A stretch of DNA of 64,000 nucleotides from Calditrichia bacterium (GTDB lineage Bacteria > Calditrichota > Calditrichia > JAJRVZ01), in contig CAVZSQ010000019.1 of the NCBI GenBank assembly GCA_963777955.1, positions 224,001 to 288,000 of the forward strand. The letters are read 5' to 3'. The position numbers and the translations under genes are program-made. The notes under the pieces were generated by a model, which saw only the letters and a program-made list of their open reading frames with translations, made no database searches and was not told the DNA's origin. Numbering within the stretch: position 1 is the stretch's first letter; the number at the start of each line of letters is the position of its first letter. Shown here piece by piece: positions 30,870 through 41,044 of the stretch.

Positions 30870-32061
30870 CTAATCCGGTTCTGCCGGATATTTGATCAGC
30901 ATCCAGGAGAACGCGGCAACCGCAAAGGGAATTGCCTGTTCATCCAGATCAAAATAACCGGAATGCAGTTTTCCATGCATGGAACCATCATTAATTCCGA
31001 CACGAAAAAATACACCCGGCACTTTACCGAGATAATGGGCAAAATCTTCACCACCCAGCGTACGGCTGCGCGGTATTATTTTTTTACTGTCCATGATCCC
31101 GGCCAGTATTGAGCGAACCCGGTCGGTTACCCGGGCATCGTTTATTACCGGAGGCGCCCCTTTGATGAAAGTAAAGGTACCCTGTGCCCCCCATTTATTA
31201 CTGGCAGCCCTTACCGTAGCATCGATCAGAGACAGTAATTTCTCAGCCTGCTCGTTATGGGTCACCCGCAGCGTACCTTCGGCCGTGAAGCGGGAGGCAA
31301 TCAGGTTATAACTCTCCCCGCAAATGATCCGGCCGATGGTAAACACCAGCGGCTGATCGATTGTTTCCAGACGGTAGATACTGCCATACAACTCAGTCTA
31401 ACACCGACACACCGATAAAGCAGGGATCGACTGTATCTGCCGGCCGGGCCGAATGCCCTCCCGGACCACATATTTCAATTTTTATTTGAATCGATTGAGC
31501 AGTGATCCAGCCCGGTAATAAACCAATGGTACCGGTATTCAGCGACGGATCAGCATGCAGGCCAAAGACCGCTGTGATCCCATCCATTTTACCGGCCTGT
31601 ACAAAATCGATAGCCCCTCCGGGAATTGGTTCTTCAGCATGCTGAAAGATAAAGCGTATATTCGTATTAAGATACTGCTGAAAACGGGCCAGCGTCCAGG
31701 CTGTCCCCAGCACCACGGCGGAATGAAAATCATGACCACAGGCATGGCATACATCTGGTACACTTGAACGGTAAGCTACTTCTTTTTGATCAGCAACAGG
31801 CAGGGCATCAAGGTCGGCACGCAAAGATAACCATGGTTTATTTTCTGCCAGAATCAGATCGCAGCAAAATCCGGTAGGTCCCACCATATCAATATTAAAA
31901 TTATATTTCTCCTGCAGCCGCTTGCGCAGATAAGCCGATGTATTGTATTCCTGCCGGCCTATTTCCGGATGGATATGTAAATATCGGCGAATATTTTGTA
32001 ATTCAGGAAACAATTCCCGGCAATAAGCAGCAATCTGGTCAAAACTGATCGGTTCTGTCAT
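30870..32061 (-). CDS. M20 family amidohydrolase, frameshift near 31395
   Basis: H.HPE.G.QE, RADLDAL, HACGHD.H, QHAEE, GGH.ARP, GGEDF and LHS motifs. Confidence 0.9.
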
Positions 32062-32148
32062 GGCGCTAATATATAGGTTATAGAACAAAAATAAAATATT
32101 TAATTCCCACCCGGATCTGTCGCCAGGCATGCTGATCAGGCGTGCCTT

Positions 32149-33039
32149 TCAGGCACGCGGGTGAAATTCCTGGTATACCTGCTTCAGATACGTACGATCC
32201 AGGTGGGTGTAGATCTGGGTAGTGGAAATATCCGCATGTCCCAGCATTTCCTGCACCGCACGCAGATCCGCACCCCCCTCCAGTAAATGGGTTGCAAAGG
32301 AATGACGGAAAGTATGGGGATGAACCTCTTTTTTTATACCGCAGTTCCGGACATGCGCCTGTAATATTTTCCAGAATCCCATACGGCTTAAAGGTTTGCC
32401 GCGGGCATTCAAAAAAGTAATGCCTCTGGAACTGCGCTGGCGATCCAGCGCAGGCCGTGCCTGATCCAGATAGCGCCGGATCCACTGCAGGGCGCGATCC
32501 GATGCAGGTACCAGCCGTTCCTTTGATCCTTTGCCCAGAATGCGCACGAATCCTTCTTTAAAATATATCTCCCGGATCGGCAGGTTCAGTAATTCAGAGA
32601 TGCGCAGACCACTGGCATAAAGCAGTTCAATCATCGCCCGGTCTCTGATTCCGCCCGGTTGATCAATTTTGATCGAGGTTAGAATTTTTTCTATTTCCGG
32701 AAAAGACAGTACATCCGGCAGATATCTTCTGATCTTCGGACCATCAACATTCTCACATGGATCAAAATCCAGCACCTCTTCCATTAACAAAAACTTATGG
32801 AACGAACGTATGGCGGAAAGATTTCTGGCCAGTGATGAAGCGCTTAAGCCCAGTTCGCTCAGCATTTGCAGCAAACGCCGGACATGACGATCCCTGATCT
32901 GAACAGCCCGTTGGATATCCTGGGATTCTAAAAAGGCAATATAGCGGCTGAGATCCTGCTGATAGGCTTGAATGGAATTTTCGGATAAATTTTTTTCGAA
33001 TCTTAAAAAGGTGAGGTATTGCTGCAGATATTCATTCAT
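32149..33039 (-). CDS. xerD: Site-specific tyrosine recombinase XerD
   Basis: RDRAM.ELLYASGLRISEL, GKGSKERLVP, HPHTFRHSFATHLL.GGADLR.VQEMLGHADISTTQIYTH. Confidence 0.95.
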   Translation of the reverse strand: MNEYLQQYLTFLRFEKNLSENSIQAYQQDLSRYIAFLESQDIQRAVQIRDRHVRRLLQMLSELGLSASSLARNLSAIRSFHKFLLMEEVLDFDPCENVDGPKIRRYLPDVLSFPEIEKILTSIKIDQPGGIRDRAMIELLYASGLRISELLNLPIREIYFKEGFVRILGKGSKERLVPASDRALQWIRRYLDQARPALDRQRSSRGITFLNARGKPLSRMGFWKILQAHVRNCGIKKEVHPHTFRHSFATHLLEGGADLRAVQEMLGHADISTTQIYTHLDRTYLKQVYQEFHPRA

Positions 33040-33491
33040 TTAGTCTTTACGGTACTTTTATCATGCAACAGATGTTCGGCCAGGGACAGTGCTACACCGG
33101 ACAACATCACTTCGGATCCAAGTTTGGTGAAATCACTGGTCAGCAGGGCTGAATCCACATTACTATAAACCGAACAGGCAGCAGCTCTCTCGACGATTAT
33201 ACCTGAAAGGCGACCGTTATATTCCCCGATAAAAACGACTTCTCCCAGTACATCACTGGCTACAAAACCTGTACAGAAATGCAACTGCATATGCGCGCAG
33301 GGCGTAAAAACATTTACCAGATTCCCTTTATTTGCACCAATAGCGATATCCAGAAAAATCTCCAGGGTCAGCCGGCGACCCTGTTCCTGGTCCTGCAGCA
33401 GCGCCCGGAATTGATTGCCCCGCTTGCTAAACTTTGTATTCAGTACCTTTTCAATCTCGCCAATTCTGGTATCGGTAAATTTAAATTTCAT
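33036..33491 (-). CDS. Hypothetical protein, stop overlaps the xerD start
   Basis: 151-aa ORF with AAGG RBS, packed between bshB1 and xerD (ATGA overlap). Confidence 0.75.
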   Translation of the reverse strand: MKFKFTDTRIGEIEKVLNTKFSKRGNQFRALLQDQEQGRRLTLEIFLDIAIGANKGNLVNVFTPCAHMQLHFCTGFVASDVLGEVVFIGEYNGRLSGIIVERAAACSVYSNVDSALLTSDFTKLGSEVMLSGVALSLAEHLLHDKSTVKTK

Positions 33492-33511
33492 GAGCCCTTT
33501 CCTTATCTCGT

Positions 33512-34234
33512 TCAGTACATAGTATACGTAAAAAAATCCATGACGTTACCAATTTTTAAAATCCCGTCAAAATAATAAGGTTCGCCATACTGACAGTTCA
33601 CCTGCTGTCCGTAAAACCTGGCCCGGGTGGTGATTGATTCCAGGAACTCCGGCCGGCTGATATACGTACTTTCTGCCTGATTTGTTTTAAAGAATTGTGA
33701 GCGATATGCCTGGATGGCGGCCATTTTTGTATCCATATCTGCGGAGATGTCTACTACAAATGATGGAGTGAAAATCCGGTGCAGCATGTAAGACAGGACC
33801 AGGCCGGGACGATAAAATTCCTGGCCATCTGTAATTTTTTTTAAACCAGCCTGGTAAATCGCTGTCCTGGCCAGCGCTGCTGCTGCCTCGTGATCGGGAT
33901 GACGATCATGCTGAAAGGGTATCAGACACATTCTGGGACGCCATTTACGAACAATTTTTATTACTTCCAGACGGTGTTCGGGTGTGTTAACCAGATTCCC
34001 GTCGGGTAAGCCCAGATTCCCGCGCCAATCCAGTTTCAGGATGGCACTTGCCTGCTGACTTTCCTGTTTTCTTTGTTCAGTATTCCCCTGCGTGCTTAAT
34101 TCACCTGCACTCAGATCCAAGATCCCGGTGGTATAACCTTCGCGTTTGGCCCTGGCCAGCAATCCACCGCAAAACAACTCGGCATCATCCGGATGAGGAC
34201 TGATAGCCAGCACATCAAGAGAAGTCAACAGCAA
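33512..34234 (-). CDS. bshB1: Bacillithiol biosynthesis deacetylase BshB1 (PIG-L family)
   Basis: HPDDAEL.CGG, GEL.T.G, DRHPDH, AY.SQF and R..G.....YGE motifs. Confidence 0.88.
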   Translation of the reverse strand: MLLTSLDVLAISPHPDDAELFCGGLLARAKREGYTTGILDLSAGELSTQGNTEQRKQESQQASAILKLDWRGNLGLPDGNLVNTPEHRLEVIKIVRKWRPRMCLIPFQHDRHPDHEAAAALARTAIYQAGLKKITDGQEFYRPGLVLSYMLHRIFTPSFVVDISADMDTKMAAIQAYRSQFFKTNQAESTYISRPEFLESITTRARFYGQQVNCQYGEPYYFDGILKIGNVMDFFTYTMY

Positions 34235-34362
34235 CCCCGTCTATTTGGTTACAACTTAAATATTTTCATTAGATTATTCGAAAATTTAATTAAATAGAAT
34301 GGCAAAGGAAATAGAAAATTATATCCATGTGGAGGTTGCCGGAATAGATTGTGGAGAGAAAG

Positions 34363-34391
34363 AAAAACCGGGCGGGAAACTAAGCCCGCCC
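34363..34391 (-). terminator. Intrinsic terminator of the ECF operon
   Basis: Minus strand GGGCGGG-cttagttt-CCCGCCC followed by ggTTTTT. Confidence 0.7.
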
Positions 34392-34429
34392 ATGAACGCC
34401 AGAAATTAAGTCAAAATCAAATCTGCAGT

Positions 34430-34750
34430 TCAGGTTTTTTCTACAATCACCGCAGTACCGTAAACCAGAATCTCTGCAGCCATCTGCATAATATATGAAG
34501 TACTGAAACGTACACCGACAATGGCATTAGCCCCCAGTTTTTCAGCTTCGGTAACCATCCGGTCTACAGACTGATCGCGTGATTCAGCCAGGAGTTTAGT
34601 GTACTCCTCGATTTCTCCGCCGATGATATTTTTGAAAAGAGCCGCGATGTCTTTTCCGATATGCCGGGCCCGGACCGTATTCCCTTTCACTAAACCGACA
34701 ATTTTTATTACCTTCATCTGAGGAACATCAAAAGTTGTTGACAGTATCAT
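34430..34750 (-). CDS. YbjQ/UPF0145 family protein
   Basis: GGE...YT.LL..SR, GANAIVGVRF and YGTAV. Confidence 0.92.
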   Translation of the reverse strand: MILSTTFDVPQMKVIKIVGLVKGNTVRARHIGKDIAALFKNIIGGEIEEYTKLLAESRDQSVDRMVTEAEKLGANAIVGVRFSTSYIMQMAAEILVYGTAVIVEKT

Positions 34751-35208
34751 CGTTCCACCTCTTTGTATTTGTCGACTTTTCTGACCATCAGTTTTTCCCT
34801 TAAAACAGAGACAAATAAAATCACACCGCCGATAATAAGGATGAAAATACCGAATTTTAAAACCGGATTAATGGTATGATCGGCCAGCAATTCTGTTACA
34901 GCCGTCCACACGGCAAAAGTCATCACGATGATTGCACCGAGTGAGACCAGAATCCAGCTAATCCCGCGTTCCAGCCGGTTATATACGTTCCGCCAGTATT
35001 CATCCCAGTACATATCAGGTAATATTTTAAATTTCATAGCGCCGGTTACCTCCTTCAACTTTTTAAGTTGATTATAACTTTTCTGGTAGCGGGGATCTGC
35101 CGCAATTTTCTGCTCGAGCAGAGCACTCTCTGCTGCCGGAAGTTCCCGGTCCAGATATGCCATTATCTTTAAGTTTATATTCTCTTCCGGGTAATGAAGG
35201 TCATTCAT
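34747..35208 (-). CDS. Membrane-bound anti-sigma factor
   Basis: MAYLD.EL anti-sigma domain lacking Zn Cys/His, two TM helices, overlaps the ECF gene. Confidence 0.8.
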   Translation of the reverse strand: MNDLHYPEENINLKIMAYLDRELPAAESALLEQKIAADPRYQKSYNQLKKLKEVTGAMKFKILPDMYWDEYWRNVYNRLERGISWILVSLGAIIVMTFAVWTAVTELLADHTINPVLKFGIFILIIGGVILFVSVLREKLMVRKVDKYKEVER

Positions 35209-35755
35209 ATTCCCTCCCCAATAATTTGGCTAATCTCTGGCGAGCATAATATAATCTGGACATAACGCTGCCGATCGGAATTTCCAGCAGCAGGGAGATT
35301 TGCTCATAAGACTGATCATTAAATTCCTTCAGCATAATGATCTCCCGGTCCTGTGTTTTCAACCTGTTCAGGGCAGTCCATAAAAGTTCTCTCATTTCAT
35401 GTTCCTCGAAGATCTCATCCGGTCGTAAGACTGCCAGTAACTGGTCCTCAGCGATTTCCTGTTCTCCATCAGCTGACAGCGGCCGGCTGCGGCTGCGGTG
35501 ATGCTGATGATTAATACAAATATTCTTGACAATTTCATAAAGCCAGGTATAGAAATTTTTGCCCGTTTTAAATGATTTTATCGAACGGAAAGCGCGACAA
35601 AATGCTTCCTGCGAGAGATCCAGCGCATCATCACGATTTCCGCTATACAGCAGGGCCAGCTGATAAGCCCGCACTTTGTATTTTTCCACCAAAAAGCGGT
35701 AACTCTCTGTTTTACCCATCTGACATTCCGTTATTGCTTGTTCATCCTCGTCCAT
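35201..35755 (-). CDS. ECF RNA polymerase sigma factor
   Basis: DALDLSQEAF, FYTWLY.I..N and SYEQIS..L.IPIGSVMSRL..AR. Confidence 0.93.
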   Translation of the reverse strand: MDEDEQAITECQMGKTESYRFLVEKYKVRAYQLALLYSGNRDDALDLSQEAFCRAFRSIKSFKTGKNFYTWLYEIVKNICINHQHHRSRSRPLSADGEQEIAEDQLLAVLRPDEIFEEHEMRELLWTALNRLKTQDREIIMLKEFNDQSYEQISLLLEIPIGSVMSRLYYARQRLAKLLGREYE

Positions 35756-35950
35756 ATCTGATCCTTAAGCATGTTGCTGTTCGTGGAACATTACCGTAAC
35801 CTTTACTGCAAATCAGCATTATCATCTGCACTATATACCTGTCAGAATAATGTTTATTCAATAGATTTTGAGAAATATTTATATACTTCCTGTTCCTGGC
35901 CTAAACCGGAAGTTGTGTAATTAGTCGAATTTACCCGCTGGCAGGTGAAA

Positions 35951-36709
35951 TTAAATCTTCTGTTTTTTGAAGAAATTCACGTACAAAATTAAGAGGACAC
36001 CCGATAAAAAAAGTATAATACTGATTAATTGCGCCTCTGACATGAATCCAAAAATATATTTCGGATCGGTACGCCAGAATTCGGTGATAAAACGCTCAAT
36101 ACCCATGCAAACTGCGAACAAGCCGAACATCGTACCTCTCTTAAAGTTATTCTTACGCACCGACCATAGGATCAGAAATAGCGTGGTTAAAAACAGTGTA
36201 TCATATAAGGGTGTTGGATGCACTCTTTCCAGGGTTGGTACTACTCCCCTGGGAAAGGCCATAGCCCAGGGAACATCACCGGGCGGACCATAACAGCCAT
36301 CACCGGACAGAAAACAGCCAATCCGGCCCATACCCTGGCCCAGCAGCAGCAGTGGACCCATTAAATCGGCAACCAGCAGGAAAGGTAATTTTTTGCGCCG
36401 TATCCACCAGGTCACTGCCAGTAAGCCGCCGATGGCACCACCATACCAGACCAGCCCGGCTCCTGAAAATACATTGCCCCAGAAATCCTGTACCAGCAAA
36501 TCAGGATTTTGAATCAGATAATATATTTTAGAACCCACAATTCCGCCAATTATGGCTGCGATAATGATAGACCCGGCTAATTCCCTGTCCCGGCCAACAC
36601 GCAGCAGTTCCCGTTCCAGTAAATAGCCACATAACAAAAAACCCAGAGCGGCCATTAAACCATAACTGTAAATCGTAACCGGACCTAATTTCAAAATCTC
36701 GGGGAACAT
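35951..36709 (-). CDS. lgt: Prolipoprotein diacylglyceryl transferase
   Basis: I.SYG, GLVWYG, GR.GCF..GD.CYG, HPT.LY and RF..EF.R. Confidence 0.9.
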   Translation of the reverse strand: MFPEILKLGPVTIYSYGLMAALGFLLCGYLLERELLRVGRDRELAGSIIIAAIIGGIVGSKIYYLIQNPDLLVQDFWGNVFSGAGLVWYGGAIGGLLAVTWWIRRKKLPFLLVADLMGPLLLLGQGMGRIGCFLSGDGCYGPPGDVPWAMAFPRGVVPTLERVHPTPLYDTLFLTTLFLILWSVRKNNFKRGTMFGLFAVCMGIERFITEFWRTDPKYIFGFMSEAQLISIILFLSGVLLILYVNFFKKQKI

Positions 36710-37000
36710 AGTTACCTCGTTGTTTAGTAATCACTTACTGCTGTTTACTCAGATGTATGAACCAGATTTAAATATTTAATTTAATCAGAACCGTCGTATT
36801 AAACCTAAAGAAAATTTTAAAAATAATCGATCAGCAGCTGATTCCCGAGAGAAATCCGGATAAAATAGTCGTAATTGAATTTTAGCAAAAAGTATATTGC
36901 CCTTTGAACCTAATTGGTCGTAATTTGTCATGTTCTTCACTCCACTTGTATAAAAAGAATAAAAAACCAGATTTAAAACCTGAAATGGAGTTAATAGATC

Positions 37001-39358
37001 ATGCCCGCCAAAAAGACCAAAACCTACAGTTCAAAAGTAGAACAGCTCGCTGTCTCCCGCACCGGCCAGGCATTGCGCTATCCACCCACCGAAAAGGTCA
37101 ATGTCATAATTGTTGAAAACGTCCCGGATTTAGGAAAACTCACCGCTTTGCGTTTTCTGGAGTGGGCTCAGAATAATGAAGGTTGGTCAGTCTCGCTGCC
37201 GACAGGAAAATCTCCGGTTCAATTTATTAAATGGGTTAGCAGATTAATGGGCAGTTGGGATAATCGTGAAACCCAAAAGTTTCTGGACAAAAATGGTGTG
37301 GATCCCGGTCATAAACCGGACATGAAGAGTTTCCATTTTATTCAAATCGATGAATATTACCCCATCAGCGGCGAACAGCACAACAGTTTTTATTATTTTG
37401 TCAGCAAGTTCTATGTAAAAGGATTTAACTTCGATGCGAAAAAGGCTTTGTTGATTAATGCCAACTCCATTGGCATTCCACAGAATGAGACACTATATTC
37501 GATCTGGCCGGATCGCCGTGTCGATCTGAATCTGCGCATTGGTCAGGTAAAAAATTCACAGGAGATCAAGCAGAAGAAAGTATTGGAAGCTGTGGACCAA
37601 TTCTGCACTGATTATGAGAGTAAAATACGTGCTCTGGGCGGAATCGGATTTTTTCTCGGCGGCCTTGGTCCTGACGGCCATATTGGTTTTAATGTCAGAG
37701 GTACCGATCATTTTTCAGCAACCCGCTTGACCTCGACCAATTATGAAACACAGGCATATTCTGCGTCAGATCTGGGCGGGATGGAAATTTCACGCCACCA
37801 TCTGGTGATCACCATCGGTCTGCAAACCATTGTCAATAATCCGGCCACGACCGCCATCCTTATTGCCTCGGGTGAAGCCAAAGCGCAGGTTGTCAGGGAT
37901 GCCATCCAGCAACCGAAAGATAATCAGTACCCGGCCACAGTATTGCACGATCTGGAAAATAGTGCCTTTTACCTGACTAAAGGCGCTGCAAAATTATTGT
38001 CGGAACGGCAATATCTTGAAATTCAAAATAGTAAAGTTGTCGCTCCCGCTCTGGAACACCGGATTTTAATTGACCTGGCCATTAAAAGAAATAAGCGCCT
38101 GACCGATCTGAACAGAGCGGATATGTCTGCAACCCGCAGCAGTAAGGAACTATTGGAACTGTTTAAAGATGCCTATAAAGAGCATCTGCATGATCTGGAA
38201 CAGGAATTACAAAAAAGAATCACTTCTGCCCTGATCATACCACAGAATCAGGTTTTCCTGCACACTGCACCTCAGCATGACGAGATCATGCTGGGCTATT
38301 TCCCCTATCTGCTCAGGTTGATACGCGAATCGAGCAACACCCATTATTTTAATTATCTGACCAGCGGATTCTCTGCCATAACCAATCATTATATGCACCG
38401 GTTGTGCAGTAAATTAAAATGGTTTCTAAACCGTTCCGAATTCCGCCAGTTAGGCCAGAACAATTATTTTGACCCGAATAATATTTCCGCCAGGAATCAG
38501 GATGTTCTGCTCTATCTCGATGGTATTGTGGCTAACAGTGACCTGATGAAAGATGAGGCCATTTCACGGCGACTGCTGCGCAATTTTATGGAAATATTTG
38601 AAGATGATAGTTTTACTATTCTGAATAACCGGGTAAATGAATTGTTGAATTATTTCAGCACCCTGTATTCGGGTAAAAAAGAGTTGCACTATATCCAGCA
38701 ATTGAAAAGTATGATCCCTGAATGGGAATCCGATGTAAAATGGGGACATTTCGGTTTCCGCAGTGAGTCGGTCATTCATTCCCGGCTGGGATTCAACCGG
38801 AGAGAAAATTTTGCCGAGGAACCGGTAAACGACCGTGACCTGGTTCCGCTGCTCAATAATCTGAAAAAAATAAAACCCACGGTGATCACTGTTGCCCTCC
38901 ATCCTGAAAGTAGCGCTGTCGGCACTTCTTATAAGGTTCTGCAGATTTTAGCCCAGGCTTTACGGATTTACTGCCAGGATACTAATCGCCGGGATATTGA
39001 GATTTGGGGTTATCGCACGGTGTGGTTTCGTTTTCACCCTGCCGAGGCTAACTTTTACATCCCGGTTAATCTGAACAGTTTTGCCATTTCCTCTTTTACC
39101 TATATGAATTCTCTGGTTTCACAGACTGAAACCTCATTTCCCAGTTATGAATATGATGGACCGTTGATCGAGTTAGCCCAAAAAATACAGGTGGAACAAT
39201 ATCAGCAGATAAAAACTTTGTTGGGTAAAGAATACTTTCTGGATAATTCTTCTCCGCTGATCCGGTCAACCCGGGGTATGATCTATCTTAAACGGATGAC
39301 GCCGGACGAATTATGGCAGACAGCACTTGACCTGAAAAAAATCATGGAAAATCCATAG
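37001..39358 (+). CDS. Glucosamine-6-phosphate deaminase-like protein fused to a PIG-L-type domain
   Basis: LPTG.SP, QIDEY, GPDGHIGFN, GEAKA and YPAT.L (NagB); C-terminal half of LmbE/PIG-L type. Confidence 0.8.
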   Translation: MPAKKTKTYSSKVEQLAVSRTGQALRYPPTEKVNVIIVENVPDLGKLTALRFLEWAQNNEGWSVSLPTGKSPVQFIKWVSRLMGSWDNRETQKFLDKNGVDPGHKPDMKSFHFIQIDEYYPISGEQHNSFYYFVSKFYVKGFNFDAKKALLINANSIGIPQNETLYSIWPDRRVDLNLRIGQVKNSQEIKQKKVLEAVDQFCTDYESKIRALGGIGFFLGGLGPDGHIGFNVRGTDHFSATRLTSTNYETQAYSASDLGGMEISRHHLVITIGLQTIVNNPATTAILIASGEAKAQVVRDAIQQPKDNQYPATVLHDLENSAFYLTKGAAKLLSERQYLEIQNSKVVAPALEHRILIDLAIKRNKRLTDLNRADMSATRSSKELLELFKDAYKEHLHDLEQELQKRITSALIIPQNQVFLHTAPQHDEIMLGYFPYLLRLIRESSNTHYFNYLTSGFSAITNHYMHRLCSKLKWFLNRSEFRQLGQNNYFDPNNISARNQDVLLYLDGIVANSDLMKDEAISRRLLRNFMEIFEDDSFTILNNRVNELLNYFSTLYSGKKELHYIQQLKSMIPEWESDVKWGHFGFRSESVIHSRLGFNRRENFAEEPVNDRDLVPLLNNLKKIKPTVITVALHPESSAVGTSYKVLQILAQALRIYCQDTNRRDIEIWGYRTVWFRFHPAEANFYIPVNLNSFAISSFTYMNSLVSQTETSFPSYEYDGPLIELAQKIQVEQYQQIKTLLGKEYFLDNSSPLIRSTRGMIYLKRMTPDELWQTALDLKKIMENP

Positions 39359-39375
39359 TGCAAAATTATTGAAGA

Positions 39376-39801
39376 GTGATCATGAAATCGTATCGTAAAG
39401 AATTGTGGTTCAATACTCCTGCGCGCCGTGAGTTCATTAATATTACGTCGCAAATAGAAGTATGTCTCAGAGAGAGCGGCATCCAGGAAGGACTCTGTCT
39501 GGTCAATGCCATGCACATTACGGCCAGCGTCTATATCAATGACGATGAAAGCGGATTGTTGCAGGACTATGATGAATGGTTGGAAAAATTGGCACCCCAT
39601 GAGCCGGTATCCCGATACCGGCACAATCGTACCGGCGAGGATAATGGCGATGCCCATTTAAAGCGTCAATTGATGGGCCGGGAAGTGCTGGTGGCGGTGA
39701 GCAGCGGTAAACTGGATTTCGGACCCTGGGAGCAGATCTTTTATGGCGAGTTTGACGGACGCCGGCGCAAACGCGTACTGGTGAAAATTATCGGAGAGTG
39801 A
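39376..39801 (+). CDS. YjbQ/UPF0047 family protein
   Basis: [26 protein letters not shown]. Confidence 0.93.
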   Translation: MIMKSYRKELWFNTPARREFINITSQIEVCLRESGIQEGLCLVNAMHITASVYINDDESGLLQDYDEWLEKLAPHEPVSRYRHNRTGEDNGDAHLKRQLMGREVLVAVSSGKLDFGPWEQIFYGEFDGRRRKRVLVKIIGE

Positions 39802-39806
39802 ACACA

Positions 39807-40478
39807 TCACAAGTCAACGGGATTTGTGTTTAAATCCACAGGTAACAGATTTATTGCTGCTAAATACAGCAACAGTTTATCCTCGGCCTCCAGTATCTCC
39901 ATAACCCGCATATTGTGCATTGAATCCCAGACTGCCTGCGCAGAAACTTTTTCATCCACGGCTACCTTTTCCAGAGTACCAAATTCCTTGTACTTCCAAT
40001 AGCGATTAAAGGTCAGCACATTCCATCTTCCTTTTATCGCATTCATCAGGTTCAGGATGGTATTAATCAAAAGATCACTGGTTTCATTATCCGTCTTGCA
40101 GCAGGTGATTTGTTTTTTTTTCTTCAATAACGACAGGGCTTCGCTGGCACGGTGAAAAGCCGGTCCATCCATCTCGACCGGAATCTTGCTGCCCATTTTC
40201 TGAATGGTTCCCAACCCTATGCCATAGCGTATTTGCAGGGGGAACAGCAGTCTTTCAAATTCCAGCATAACTTCGAAAGCATTCTTTAAATCCGCTAATA
40301 CCCCCTGGAATTCATCCCCGCGGGTGAGCATGAACGGAGCTTCGATAACATCGGCTTTTTTCTCATTTATCTGGATAATAGCGGATTTTAAATATAATTG
40401 TCCCTCGTACCGTGCGTCCTGCGCCATTTTACGGGAACCGCATACATCACCGATTATAACCGCTGCACTATTGATCAT
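39807..40478 (-). CDS. SatD family protein (nucleotide-cyclase-like palm plus C-terminal HTH)
   Basis: IIGDVCGS, TRGDEFQG, RYGIGLG, DGPAF.RA and HTH-like VA....VS.QAV. Start ATG 40478. Confidence 0.82.
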   Translation of the reverse strand: MINSAAVIIGDVCGSRKMAQDARYEGQLYLKSAIIQINEKKADVIEAPFMLTRGDEFQGVLADLKNAFEVMLEFERLLFPLQIRYGIGLGTIQKMGSKIPVEMDGPAFHRASEALSLLKKKKQITCCKTDNETSDLLINTILNLMNAIKGRWNVLTFNRYWKYKEFGTLEKVAVDEKVSAQAVWDSMHNMRVMEILEAEDKLLLYLAAINLLPVDLNTNPVDL

Positions 40479-40479
40479 A

Positions 40480-41040
40480 TTACTGCAATAATATCTTATA
40501 TTTACATTCGAAACAGTCCGGTTGGCTGGCACATGATTCTTCGATCAATTGTACTTTTCTGGCGCCGCACAGGCGCAAGCCTTCGGCAATGAATCCCTGC
40601 TCGCTCAGGCACACATTGCGCGGAATCGGCTGGCCGTAATCGGTACAGACCAGCACCGTCTTTTTATCCAGCACATTGATTTTAGTCTCACCCGTACCGA
40701 TCAGCATCTCACGCAAACGGCTGAATTGATCCAAAAAATCCACCGGTTTCTGCTCACTCAGGTAAAGTTGAAAATATTTGGGCATCAGGTTCTGTGCATT
40801 CCATTGCCCCAGTTTTCTGAACTCTTCCAGATCCCGCTTGAAATGTACCTCAAGTAATTTCTGATCGATGGCGACCAGTAAATCATCGGCATACAGATTT
40901 GCGGTATCTACAGGTTGTTTGGCAAAATTATGGTCTGCCGTACTGATGGTATCCAGGAATTCCTGGTATACCGTTGTACCATATTTTTTCTCCAGGTACT
41001 CAAATCTGCTTAATAAAACTAATCCTTTGATCCATGGCAT
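40480..41040 (-). CDS. Hypothetical V4R/HNOX-like (TIGR02265-like) small-molecule-binding protein
   Basis: IKG......YL..KYG N-terminus, G..NA, C....G....L...G and E..C......C.Y C-terminus. Start ATG 41040. Confidence 0.6.
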   Translation of the reverse strand: MPWIKGLVLLSRFEYLEKKYGTTVYQEFLDTISTADHNFAKQPVDTANLYADDLLVAIDQKLLEVHFKRDLEEFRKLGQWNAQNLMPKYFQLYLSEQKPVDFLDQFSRLREMLIGTGETKINVLDKKTVLVCTDYGQPIPRNVCLSEQGFIAEGLRLCGARKVQLIEESCASQPDCFECKYKILLQ

Positions 41041-41044
41041 ATGG

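Noticed and set aside
32149..33039. Integrase of a mobile element
   Set aside because: Canonical XerD sequence in a housekeeping operon; no att sites, tRNA or cargo seen
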